In this document: positions 24,136 through 32,547 of the stretch, one piece after another
How the letters are laid out: the number at the start of each line of letters is the position of its first letter
How positions within the stretch are numbered: position 1 is the first letter of the stretch
IMG/VR virus record: IMGVR_UViG_3300022910_000004
Direction: 5' to 3' (one strand)
DNA length: 32,547 bases
DNA from: a virus
Taxonomy: Duplodnaviria > Heunggongvirae > Uroviricota > Caudoviricetes
Position numbers and translations under genes: made by a program
Notes under the pieces: model-generated
Database searches by the model: none
What the model saw: only the letters and a program-made list of their open reading frames with translations
What the model was told of the DNA's origin: nothing

Positions 24136-24793
24136 AAAACCTAATAAAGCAAAAGAAGAAACTGTTGAAAATACTATAATCACACAAGAAGTAGTTGAAG
24201 AAACAGAATCAACTGAAGAAGTGGTCTCAGAAGCTCCTACAGAGCCTGTAGAGAAAGTTAAAAAAGAAATACGTATCCACGGAACCAATCTTAATACCTT
24301 AGTCTCAGAGGTGATGTATGCGGCTTTCTTGGGTGGAGAATTAGTACCAAGAATTCTTCCAAGAATTTCCTCCTTACCTTTTACCGTAAGAATGCTTATC
24401 AGCGAAGATAAGTATGAAGAGTACGTTACTAAGTCTGCACAACCCCGTTGGACTGAAGGTGTAGAATATAACAGAGTGGTAGTGACGGCTCCTGATCCTC
24501 TCGTGTTTATTCGAGGCATAATTGCCGCAGGTAAGAGAGGTGCTGTACTACCCCCAAGAAAAGCCGTTCGTGTAGGCGGACCCTATCAGGCAGAATTGGC
24601 TATGAGAAACCCTATTGCTGAAACTCCTACTGTTCATGTTGGACCTAAAAAAATAGCCTATACTAAAGAAGAACTTGAGCAATACGACATTCATGACCTA
24701 AAATTAATTGGTGCCACGATGTCCTTGACAGGTAGAGGCAAAGCTGCTTTAATTAAGGTTATCTTAGACAAACAGAAGGAGTCAGAAGTATGA
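24128..24793 (+). CDS. Hypothetical protein with C-terminal HeH/LEM-like helical domain
   Basis: 221 aa; acidic N-terminus; YTKEELEQ...DLKLIG...GRGKAALIKVIL. Confidence 0.7.
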   Translation: MAKKPNKAKEETVENTIITQEVVEETESTEEVVSEAPTEPVEKVKKEIRIHGTNLNTLVSEVMYAAFLGGELVPRILPRISSLPFTVRMLISEDKYEEYVTKSAQPRWTEGVEYNRVVVTAPDPLVFIRGIIAAGKRGAVLPPRKAVRVGGPYQAELAMRNPIAETPTVHVGPKKIAYTKEELEQYDIHDLKLIGATMSLTGRGKAALIKVILDKQKESEV

Positions 24794-24993
24794 TAGATCG
24801 AATCCTAGGCAACAAAACATTAAATGTATTAATTGGAATTCTGTTGGGAATCCTTTTATATTCACTTGCTTATGCTTCAGGAAATGTTTTTACTGGGTTT
24901 GTTGGAGGTGGTGCATACCTCCACTTGATTGGTTGGTTAGAAAATCGATATAAGGAGTCTAAAAATTTAAGTACAAAAGGTAGTTGGGAATAA
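24790..24993 (+). CDS. Small membrane protein
   Basis: 67 aa, two hydrophobic stretches. Confidence 0.65.
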   Translation: MIDRILGNKTLNVLIGILLGILLYSLAYASGNVFTGFVGGGAYLHLIGWLENRYKESKNLSTKGSWE

Positions 24994-25028
24994 AGTAATA
25001 TCCTATTGATGTATTAAGGAGACTTCTT

Positions 25029-25796
25029 ATGAAGAATGCTAATAACAAAAGAAATACAAGAAAATCAAAGATCGAAAATGGTGTTGAGAAAGTAACGAAA
25101 GAAAAATTTCAGCACGAAAGGGAAGAAGAAATAAAAGCTAAACCTATTAAACCTATGAATGCAAAACAAAAGGTTTATAAAGAGTTGATAGAAGATTTCT
25201 CCATCCCTACAGTATTAGCAACTGGATATGCAGGGACTAGCAAGACTTGGATGCCAACTGCAATAGCTTGTGATTGGCTTAGACTAGGCAAAATTAATCG
25301 CCTAATTTTTACAAGACCTAATATATCTAATAGTAAATCATTAGGATTTTTTACTGGCTCTTCTATAGAAAAATTATCCCAATGGCTAATGCCTGTAATA
25401 GATATTCTAAAAGAACGCCTTGGTGCAAATAATTTAGACCTTCTTATTAAAAATGGTGATATAGTCTTCCTTCCCTTAGAAGTAGTTAAGGGGTATTCAG
25501 CAAATAATTGTGTTTTTATTTGCGATGAGGCGGAAGACTTGTCTATAGATGAGGCCAAAAAACTTGTAACTCGCTTAGGGCAGAATGCAAAAATGATTTT
25601 GGCAGGGGATATTTCTCAAAGTGAACTTAAAGATGCAAGTGGCTTACGCTATCTTATAAATTTAGCAAGTAAACATGAAAATCTTTCCTTGGGTACTGTG
25701 GACTTTAATGAAGTATCAGATATAGTAAGATCCGAAGCTGTAAAGAATTGGATCATAGCTTTTGAAGAGGATAGAGTTAATGGCAAACAAAAATAA
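25029..25796 (+). CDS. phoH: PhoH-family ATPase
   Basis: GYAGTSKT, LIFTRP, GFFTGS, ICDEAEDL, LVTRLGQNAKMILAGDISQ, IVRS. Confidence 0.92.
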   Translation: MKNANNKRNTRKSKIENGVEKVTKEKFQHEREEEIKAKPIKPMNAKQKVYKELIEDFSIPTVLATGYAGTSKTWMPTAIACDWLRLGKINRLIFTRPNISNSKSLGFFTGSSIEKLSQWLMPVIDILKERLGANNLDLLIKNGDIVFLPLEVVKGYSANNCVFICDEAEDLSIDEAKKLVTRLGQNAKMILAGDISQSELKDASGLRYLINLASKHENLSLGTVDFNEVSDIVRSEAVKNWIIAFEEDRVNGKQK

Positions 25797-26109
25797 AGGC
25801 AAGGGGGATAATGTCAGACCGATTAGAGAAGGTGTAGAGATATCGAAAGATCCTCTCGAACCAGTAGAGGACTTGGTGGTTATCACAGGTCTTCTCCATA
25901 AGTTAGCTTTAGAAGGCAGATTAAGAGATTTAGCATACGCGGGAATTACCACAGATATAAACGAAACTAGAATCTGTGGAATTCTGGGGGAAAATTTTAA
26001 CTTCAGTTTGATGGATACATTATTAAGACATCTTACACTAATGCATTATGATGGCATAGTATTTCCCCATCTTACAGGAATTATGTTGGAGGGTTTTGAT
26101 GATGAATAG
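25780..26109 (+). CDS. Hypothetical protein
   Basis: ATG 25780 with GAGGA RBS, preferred over the track start at 25762. Confidence 0.7.
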   Translation: MANKNKGKGDNVRPIREGVEISKDPLEPVEDLVVITGLLHKLALEGRLRDLAYAGITTDINETRICGILGENFNFSLMDTLLRHLTLMHYDGIVFPHLTGIMLEGFDDE

Positions 26110-26401
26110 ACTACAGTATCTATTAAACAAACTATCAGAGGAGGCCAGTGAAATTGTGCAGATATCCCAGAAGACAGCTCAATTTGGTCTTAATGAAGTT
26201 TATGATGATGGAAAAAATAATTTAAGCAATCGTGAAAGATGCCACGCAGAAATAGACGATTTGCTTGGGATAATCTCCCTTTTGAATGATGAGTTTGATT
26301 TCTGTTATGAGCCAGACAGAGAAAAGATTGAACAGAAGAAAGACAAAACCAATAGATATTATAAATACTCTAAAGAGTTAGGGATGGTATCGGATGAGTA
26401 A
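26099..26401 (+). CDS. MazG-like nucleotide pyrophosphohydrolase
   Basis: LSEEASEIVQ...FG...EIDDLLG (EExxE...ExxD pattern). Confidence 0.6.
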   Translation: MMNRLQYLLNKLSEEASEIVQISQKTAQFGLNEVYDDGKNNLSNRERCHAEIDDLLGIISLLNDEFDFCYEPDREKIEQKKDKTNRYYKYSKELGMVSDE

Positions 26402-26519
26402 GTTTGAGGTAGAACTGTTAGAAGAGGAAGATAATTCTGCTTCTGATGCAGATATAATTGAAATGATTAAAGACACAATGAGGAATACGTTAGGTTGTAC
26501 TGATCCAGATTGGGAGTAG
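26394..26519 (+). CDS. Small acidic hypothetical protein (41 aa)
   Basis: Manual: MSKFEVELLEEEDNSASD...PDWE*; fills the gap between neighbours. Confidence 0.55.
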   Translation: MSKFEVELLEEEDNSASDADIIEMIKDTMRNTLGCTDPDWE

Positions 26520-26523
26520 TCTT

Positions 26524-26775
26524 ATGTCTAAGAGTATAAAAACTTCTGTAGTAAGTTTTGATGATTTTAATGATTTAGATTTTGTTTCACCAAGTCGATG
26601 GTTTATCTTTACCTCTATGAATGAGTATTTATTTATACATGTTAGAGATCGCCAAGTTGCTCAAGATTATGTTGATGCAGAATATGGAAAAGGTAGATAC
26701 AAAATTAGAACAGTAAAAGTTATAAAAAGTGGTAAGGGGTTAACTGTAAGTGGATCTGAGACAAGGAGAAAGTAA
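26524..26775 (+). CDS. Hypothetical protein
   Basis: 83 aa, GGGAG RBS. Confidence 0.7.
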   Translation: MSKSIKTSVVSFDDFNDLDFVSPSRWFIFTSMNEYLFIHVRDRQVAQDYVDAEYGKGRYKIRTVKVIKSGKGLTVSGSETRRK

Positions 26776-27267
26776 ATTAAATTTAAATATGAATATGCTT
26801 ACATGGATATGGCAGAACGCTTTGGACAAACATCTGAGGCGGTTAGGTTAAAAGTTGGAGCCCTAATTGTTCACGAGACTCTTGGGGTAATTGCTGAAGG
26901 TGTTAATGGAATGCCTCCAGACTGGCCTACAGAGGTCTGCGAAGAAAGGAAATATTTCGATGGTGGTGGTTGGATAAATTTTGATGAAAGTTTATACCCT
27001 TACATCGATTCAGATGGAGAACACTATGCACTAGTAACTAAACCTGAATGTCGTCATGCAGAAATAGCAGCCTTAGAAAAATTATGGAAAAAAGCTGAAA
27101 CGGCAGAAGGTGCCATGATGTTTGTCTCACACAGCCCTTGTGTGGCATGTGCCATCAAGATCAAGACAGCAGGCATAGTAAAGGTTTATTACAGACATGC
27201 TTATAGAGAGTCCTCTGGAATAGACTTTCTTAAGCGAAATAAAATTGAAGTTGTAAAATTAAATTAG
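26776..27267 (+). CDS. dCMP deaminase, probable ATT start
   Basis: HAE and SPCVAC zinc motifs, RLKVGALIV; AAGGAG 7 nt before in-frame ATT 26776; no RBS before ATG 26803. Confidence 0.88.
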   Translation: MKFKYEYAYMDMAERFGQTSEAVRLKVGALIVHETLGVIAEGVNGMPPDWPTEVCEERKYFDGGGWINFDESLYPYIDSDGEHYALVTKPECRHAEIAALEKLWKKAETAEGAMMFVSHSPCVACAIKIKTAGIVKVYYRHAYRESSGIDFLKRNKIEVVKLN

Positions 27268-27276
27268 GAGGATTAT

Positions 27277-28566
27277 ATGAGTAACTACACGGCAATTATT
27301 GCCAAGATCGATAATACACTACCAATAGTTGGGGCGGATAAAATCCAAATTGCCAAGGTTCTTGGTGAGAGTGTGGTGGTAAGTAAAGATGCGAAAATTG
27401 GTGATATTGGAGTATTTTTCTGTGCAGGTACTCAACTCTCCACAGAATACTGCCATCACAACAATTTGTTTAGGGATGCGTCAAAAAATTATTACACCAG
27501 CGAGTCAGGCTTCTTTGAGGATAGTCGTAGAGTTCGTGCTCAGCCTTTTCTTAAAGTTAAGTCAGAGGGATATTTTGCTGACTTATCATCTTTGCGTTTT
27601 GCTGGAGACTTTTCTAAGCTTAAGCTTGGTGATAAATTTGAAGAATTGAATGGTGTTAAGATTTGTAATAAGTATCTCAATGAGAAAGCCATTAAGGCCA
27701 TTAAAGAACAAAAGAATAAACCAGCCAAAAAGAAACTTATTCCATTCTTTAAAGAGCATGTTGAAAGCGAACAATATAAGTACAACACCCATAAACTTGA
27801 GGTTGGTAATGTTATCTCTATCCAATCTAAACGTCATGGCACATCTGGTCGTTACGGATATTTAAGCTCTATTAAAAAACTTCCTAAGTGGAAACAATGG
27901 ATTAATAAAATCATACCTGTATTCCCTACAGAGGAATATGAATATGTTGTGGGTACGCGTAGAACAGTTTTGAATGACCCAGAGAAAGAAGGCTTTCATG
28001 GCAGTGAAGCTTATCGTTATGAAGTTATGGAACAATTGAAACCTTATCTAAGTAAGGGCATGACTATTTATGTTGAAATTGTTGGCTATGTTAATGGTAA
28101 GTCTGTTATGCCTTCCCATTCTACTAAAGACTTAAAGAACAAAGAATTTAGTAAGAAATATGGTGATACAGTTGTTTATAAATATGGTTGCCCAGAAGGC
28201 ACATACAAGTTCCATGTTTATCGCGTAACCTTAACAACTGAAGATGGTAATTCTATTGATCTAACTCAACAACAACTAGTTCGTTGGTGTGCTGATCGTG
28301 GATTAGACCCAGCACATGATCTTGTTCCGCCATTCGTTTATGACGGGGATGTTGAGAAGTTGAACGCCTTGGTTGAGGAATTAACAGAGCGTCCTGATAC
28401 GCTTACAGAAGATTATCATGATCCAAGCCACCCAAGCGAGGGTGTTATTGTTCGTGTAGATCGTTGGACTCAAACTCCATTATTTTTAAAGTCTAAATCT
28501 TATGTCTTTAAAGTTATGGAAGGAATTGCTTCTGAGAAAGAAGTAGATATTGAGGAGGTATCATAA
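27277..28566 (+). CDS. ATP-dependent RNA ligase (DRB0094/Rnl2-like)
   Basis: Motif I KRHGTS, YVEIVG, EGVIVR, KSKS; N-terminal IAKID...GADKIQIAKV OB-like domain. Confidence 0.85.
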   Translation: MSNYTAIIAKIDNTLPIVGADKIQIAKVLGESVVVSKDAKIGDIGVFFCAGTQLSTEYCHHNNLFRDASKNYYTSESGFFEDSRRVRAQPFLKVKSEGYFADLSSLRFAGDFSKLKLGDKFEELNGVKICNKYLNEKAIKAIKEQKNKPAKKKLIPFFKEHVESEQYKYNTHKLEVGNVISIQSKRHGTSGRYGYLSSIKKLPKWKQWINKIIPVFPTEEYEYVVGTRRTVLNDPEKEGFHGSEAYRYEVMEQLKPYLSKGMTIYVEIVGYVNGKSVMPSHSTKDLKNKEFSKKYGDTVVYKYGCPEGTYKFHVYRVTLTTEDGNSIDLTQQQLVRWCADRGLDPAHDLVPPFVYDGDVEKLNALVEELTERPDTLTEDYHDPSHPSEGVIVRVDRWTQTPLFLKSKSYVFKVMEGIASEKEVDIEEVS

Positions 28567-28844
28567 TGAAAAATATACTTATCTTGATTATTTTGGGACT
28601 AAGCCTCTCAGGTTGCCTTAAAAATAAAGATATTGATGTAGTTGAATATGCAACAGTTGTGGAACTTGGGCTTTGTAATGCCAACTCTTGTGTTGTAAAA
28701 GTTAGAGATAATGTAAAAGGAACTGAGGAATATTGGCAATCTCATGGCCCTGCAATGATTGGGATGCAATTATACAGAAGTTGTTATGTAAAGCCTAGTG
28801 GAGATAAATGGTGTTTTGATGCCTCTCAGGTTCTGAGGAGTTGA
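28566..28844 (+). CDS. Lipoprotein
   Basis: Signal peptide MKNILILIILGL with lipobox LSGC; Cys-rich mature part. Confidence 0.7.
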   Translation: MKNILILIILGLSLSGCLKNKDIDVVEYATVVELGLCNANSCVVKVRDNVKGTEEYWQSHGPAMIGMQLYRSCYVKPSGDKWCFDASQVLRS

Positions 28845-28845
28845 T

Positions 28846-29094
28846 ATGAGCATACCTTGCATACAACTAGAAGTTCACTGGAATGAAGAGGCAGCGGTTC
28901 CTTGCCGATCTACTGTAGGCGATGGTACAAATCTACAAAACGAAGACATGTTTAATATTATTAAAATAGGTTTTGATGTATACGGGGGAATCCCTGTATA
29001 CCTTGTAGAAGAAAATATCACCATACGTTTAATCAATAGGGCTTTGATAATTGGACAAAAACATTATAAGGAGAAAGTTGAATGCCAAAAATGA
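28846..29094 (+). CDS. Hypothetical protein
   Basis: 82 aa, GAGGAG RBS. Confidence 0.65.
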   Translation: MSIPCIQLEVHWNEEAAVPCRSTVGDGTNLQNEDMFNIIKIGFDVYGGIPVYLVEENITIRLINRALIIGQKHYKEKVECQK

Positions 29095-29972
29095 TATTAA
29101 CTTGTGGCATTAGTGCCTCTGGTAAAACTTCGTGGGCTAATGAATATTGCAAGATCAATTCTAACTGGGTAAATATAAACAGGGATACTGCAAGATTTAT
29201 TCTCTTCTGTGATGGAGTAGAAGATTGGGGTTTATATAAATTTACTAAGGCCAGAGAAAAAGCTGTTTCGGATAGTTGTGAAAATTTATGGAAGGCTTCC
29301 GTTCATTTTGGTGAAAATGTTATTATCTCTGATACTAACCTCAACCCAAAGACACAAGCTATGTGGAAGCAACGAGCGGACGCCGCTGGGTACGAGTTTG
29401 AAATTAAGTATTTTGAGATAAGTCTTGAAGAGGCATGGAAACGTAACGAGCGGCGCCCTAACCCTGTTAGACGTGATGTTATTACAGAGCAATGGCCTAA
29501 GTGGTTGGCTATTACGGGGCGTAAACGTTATACACCTACTGGTGATAAACCTGAAATACTTCTTTGTGATATTGATGGTACTATTGCTAAAATGTATGAT
29601 AGGGGTCCATTTGATTGGATGAAGGTAGGGCAAGATCTACCAAGAAAAAAGATTATAAATCTGATTGAAGCTTATGCTTATAGTGGAGATTATGATGTAA
29701 TGTTTCTATCTGGTAGGGATAGTGTTTGCCGTTGTATTACAGCAGATTGGCTTTGTGATAACACCACTGTTTATAGCGGCAATAATTTCTTAGCTATGCG
29801 TCCACAAGGGGATATGCGTAAAGACTCTATTGTGAAAGAAGAATTGTTTTGGGAAATTACAAAAACTTATGATGTTGTGGCTGTATTTGATGATCGCCCT
29901 CAAGTAGTAAGAATGTGGAAAGACCTTGGACTTACTGTTATTGATGTAAGCGAAGGTTATCAAGAATTTTAA
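29082..29972 (+). CDS. pseT: Polynucleotide 5'-kinase/3'-phosphatase
   Basis: P-loop GISASGKT, INRD, HAD motif DIDGT, FLSGR, MRPQGDMRKD, FDDRPQVV. Confidence 0.93.
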   Translation: MPKMILTCGISASGKTSWANEYCKINSNWVNINRDTARFILFCDGVEDWGLYKFTKAREKAVSDSCENLWKASVHFGENVIISDTNLNPKTQAMWKQRADAAGYEFEIKYFEISLEEAWKRNERRPNPVRRDVITEQWPKWLAITGRKRYTPTGDKPEILLCDIDGTIAKMYDRGPFDWMKVGQDLPRKKIINLIEAYAYSGDYDVMFLSGRDSVCRCITADWLCDNTTVYSGNNFLAMRPQGDMRKDSIVKEELFWEITKTYDVVAVFDDRPQVVRMWKDLGLTVIDVSEGYQEF

Positions 29973-29985
29973 TTAGGAGAAAAAG

Positions 29986-30294
29986 ATGACCGATAGAGAC
30001 GAAAAAATTAAAGAAATCCGTAAAGACCTTAAGACAACAGGCTTAGGCGCACCAAAACGTTCTGTAAATTTTGATAAATCAACTTTAGAGTTGAAAAAGG
30101 ATCATAGAACTGGTGACTTTACTATAAACCATAAATTCTATAAGAAAGATGGTGATGTGCATTTTAATCAAATGTCTGAAGTTTCTCAGACTGCTGAGAT
30201 TATGATGTGGTCCCGAATTAATGTAGATGTTTGGGAATATATTGTTGATAAATTTGTTGAGGCCCATAGTAAACCTTCTACAGAAGTGCAATAA
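29986..30294 (+). CDS. Hypothetical protein
   Basis: 102 aa, TAGGAG RBS. Confidence 0.7.
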   Translation: MTDRDEKIKEIRKDLKTTGLGAPKRSVNFDKSTLELKKDHRTGDFTINHKFYKKDGDVHFNQMSEVSQTAEIMMWSRINVDVWEYIVDKFVEAHSKPSTEVQ

Positions 30295-30443
30295 TGAACT
30301 TTCAACAGTTTTATTTAGATGTGGCGGAATCGGCATTACTGTTAGGCTACTCTGCCAATCAAATTAGCATGTTCAAAGGTGACATCCAAGATTGTTATGA
30401 TCTTGGTATGTCTGTTGAGGAGACAGTGGGTAAGATATTCTAG
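30294..30443 (+). CDS. Small hypothetical protein (49 aa)
   Basis: Manual: MNFQQFYLDVAES...VGKIF*; TAATG coupling. Confidence 0.6.
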   Translation: MNFQQFYLDVAESALLLGYSANQISMFKGDIQDCYDLGMSVEETVGKIF

Positions 30444-30456
30444 GATTTAACTTGTA

Positions 30457-30633
30457 ATGTTATCTGATAGAACTTTAAAAGCTATAAAAGATATTCTTAG
30501 TGACAAACAAAACTTGGAAGAGATAGAGTCTAATATGTTATTATTAAAGCGTGGTTACATAACCGAAGAACAGTTTTTAATAAGATATAATAAATTTCTA
30601 TCACTAAGGGGGAGAATACAAAATGACGACTGA
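30457..30633 (+). CDS. Small hypothetical protein (58 aa)
   Basis: Manual: MLSDRTLKAIKDIL...IQNDD*. Confidence 0.6.
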   Translation: MLSDRTLKAIKDILSDKQNLEEIESNMLLLKRGYITEEQFLIRYNKFLSLRGRIQNDD

Positions 30634-30793
30634 AGAGCAAGTCCAACTAGAAAAGCTTATAGAGAGTGAAATTTTTAATAATCTTACCATTGAGGCTTCT
30701 AGCTCTTATGACGGTTGGAATGGTACAAAAGTAAAACTTACTTTACTGTATAAAGATGTTATAGTAACAACTACAGAACTTAATATCCTATGA
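30623..30793 (+). CDS. Small hypothetical protein (56 aa)
   Basis: Manual: MTTEEQVQLEKLIE...ELNIL*; GGAG RBS, ATGA overlap with the next gene. Confidence 0.65.
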   Translation: MTTEEQVQLEKLIESEIFNNLTIEASSSYDGWNGTKVKLTLLYKDVIVTTTELNIL

Positions 30794-30981
30794 AAACAAT
30801 AGAAGATTTTAAATTCTGGGCTAGTATGTGGGAATTTAACCCAAACCATTATGATTTTCCTGAGGATTTTAACCAAGAAAATGGTCGGTATGAAAACAAA
30901 TGCCATTGTGGTGTAATATTTACAGGCAATAAACATAGACTTGAATGTAAACAATGTAAAATTAAGAGAGAAAGCGTATGA
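30790..30981 (+). CDS. Small Zn-ribbon hypothetical protein
   Basis: 63 aa; CHCG...CKQC. Confidence 0.65.
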   Translation: MKTIEDFKFWASMWEFNPNHYDFPEDFNQENGRYENKCHCGVIFTGNKHRLECKQCKIKRESV

Positions 30982-31229
30982 CAGCAGTGAAAATTATCGT
31001 TGGGATATTAATTATCAGCTCAATTATTGGAGGAACAACTCTAGCCTTTCTAATCGGCCATAATAAAGAGACATTACCACCAACAGTTACAAAAGAACAA
31101 AGAGATCAGGCAGCAAGTGAATTTATTGCTGTTTGTAGAAAACAGGCAGGACAGCCTTATTTCGAAGTAAACACAGGGACGCCTAACTTTTCTGTAGGTT
31201 GTATTCTTCCCCGTGCAGGCGAAATATAA
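30978..31229 (+). CDS. Membrane-anchored hypothetical protein
   Basis: 83 aa; N-terminal hydrophobic helix. Confidence 0.65.
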   Translation: MTAVKIIVGILIISSIIGGTTLAFLIGHNKETLPPTVTKEQRDQAASEFIAVCRKQAGQPYFEVNTGTPNFSVGCILPRAGEI

Positions 31230-31245
31230 CTAACAGGGGAATAAA

Positions 31246-32109
31246 TTGATTAAGATCTATGATAAACTTTGGTACATAGTAAACCCAAGCAGAGCCGAAA
31301 AAGAAGATAATCTTGCTTACATGACTTATTGGGAGAACAATGAAGCATTTAGAAAGAGAAAGGAAACAGGAACAAGCTGGGCCAGAAATGAAAAGTACAA
31401 TTATCAAACCAGAGAATACGAAGGTGAGGAAGTTGGTGAGGGTGAAATTATAGACAATACACCAGTTAAAGGTGTCTATATTGGAAGTAGTGTTTCTCGT
31501 TGGTCAACTAGCAATAAATTGTTTCGAGTGAAGGACCCAAGAGGATTTACTGTCGAAGTGCCCACAGACAATATCTCCACACTCCTTCATTTAACTACAG
31601 TTATTAATGGGCTAATTCAGGAAGAGTGTGTATGGGCTAGAGAGGGCAATAATCATATTTTATTACCCGTAAACTCTGAACCTTATCTAGAGACTATTGG
31701 TAAAATGGATTTGATAGCAAATGGATTAATTAAATTGTCAGATCTGAAGTCTGGAGATGCGGTAAAATTATTTGAAGACGAAAGTAAATATGTTTATTTA
31801 GGTAAGGGAAAAGTTACGTGGACTATCTCCCCTTACGACTATGTTTTTGTAAAAGGTAGATGGGTCCACGAGCCTATAGGGACTTCTTATGAACACACCT
31901 CTTCTGGATATTTAAACATTTTTAAGATTAAGCATAGTTGGGATAAAGAAGGGAATTTTTCTTATAGAAATCTTACAAACCCTAAAATCACTGAAGTCGT
32001 AAGTAATACTTTTATAGACTTAAGTGTTGAGCCTATAGATTTATGGGTGACCGGTAAACCAAAAGATATACACTATGAGTCTAAAATTAAGGAGATTAAG
32101 TGGAAATGA
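31246..32109 (+). CDS. Conserved phage hypothetical protein
   Basis: 287 aa, TTG start with AGGGG RBS; DPRGFTVEVPTDN...CVWAREG pattern. Confidence 0.75.
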   Translation: MIKIYDKLWYIVNPSRAEKEDNLAYMTYWENNEAFRKRKETGTSWARNEKYNYQTREYEGEEVGEGEIIDNTPVKGVYIGSSVSRWSTSNKLFRVKDPRGFTVEVPTDNISTLLHLTTVINGLIQEECVWAREGNNHILLPVNSEPYLETIGKMDLIANGLIKLSDLKSGDAVKLFEDESKYVYLGKGKVTWTISPYDYVFVKGRWVHEPIGTSYEHTSSGYLNIFKIKHSWDKEGNFSYRNLTNPKITEVVSNTFIDLSVEPIDLWVTGKPKDIHYESKIKEIKWK

Positions 32110-32312
32110 TACAAATACTAGTAATTTATTTAATAACTGTTGTCATTTGCTTTGGCATACTCGCTCATTTAATTAAAAAAGAGATTAAAGAGAAAAATGT
32201 ATTAGACAATGAAGATATAAAGATAATAAGAGGTTTGACTTATTGGTCTTGTATCCCATTACTTAATATGCTATTTATAGCGCTTACTATTAAAATTCTT
32301 TGGGAGGATTAA
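32100..32312 (+). CDS. Small membrane protein
   Basis: 70 aa, two hydrophobic helices. Confidence 0.65.
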   Translation: MEMIQILVIYLITVVICFGILAHLIKKEIKEKNVLDNEDIKIIRGLTYWSCIPLLNMLFIALTIKILWED

Positions 32313-32547
32313 ATGTCAGAAGTACTCTTTATTAGTGACCTTCATTTTGGTCACGCCAATATCGTAAAGTTTGGTAGACAACTTGACCCATTAGCCCCTC
32401 TTCGTAGTGGAGAGGACTGGATTGAGAACATGCACAATATTATTAACAAATGGAATGCTAAAGTAACAAAACGAGATACTGTATATGTTCTTGGTGATAT
32501 CGCTTTTAATGTTGTAGGCTTTGAAGCTTTAAAAGAGCTAATAGGAA
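32313..32547 (+). CDS. Calcineurin-like metallophosphoesterase (3' truncated by the window)
   Basis: Manual: MSEVLFISDLHFGHANI...WNAKVTKRDTVYVLGDIAF; GGAGG RBS. Confidence 0.85.
   Translation, partial: MSEVLFISDLHFGHANIVKFGRQLDPLAPLRSGEDWIENMHNIINKWNAKVTKRDTVYVLGDIAFNVVGFEALKELIG

Noticed and set aside
1-32547. Stop-codon reassignment
   Set aside because: Long genes read through intact in the standard code, TAG and TGA are used as plausible stops, and no suppressor anticodon was found.

Overview
AT-rich segment of a lytic myovirus genome; gene order resembles PAK_P1/Felix-O1-type contractile-tailed phages (inference from synteny, host not determinable). The left arm (13-18345, minus strand) is the morphogenesis module: terminase, portal, S49 protease/scaffold, decoration protein, major capsid, a 3.5 kb head-accessory cassette, neck/tail-completion genes, sheath, three tube-like paralogs, a frameshifting tail chaperone and tape measure. 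Upstream on the same strand are 21 tRNA genes plus one atypical tRNA-like gene (18362-20591) and a TROVE/Ro60-like vWA protein. That protein gene is preceded by an array of four ncRNA-like units sharing a covarying stem and a UUCAGCAA motif; one unit carries a circularly permuted tRNA module typical of YrlA Y RNAs. After a divergent promoter region (~23790-23885) the plus strand encodes PhoH, a MazG-like protein, dCMP deaminase, RNA ligase, polynucleotide kinase/phosphatase, a metallophosphoesterase and small hypotheticals. The best candidate for a new system is the Y-RNA-like array plus Ro60-like gene inside a tRNA replacement/RNA repair context. Two genes appear to start at ATT. All calls were made by eye from motifs; no database searches were run.
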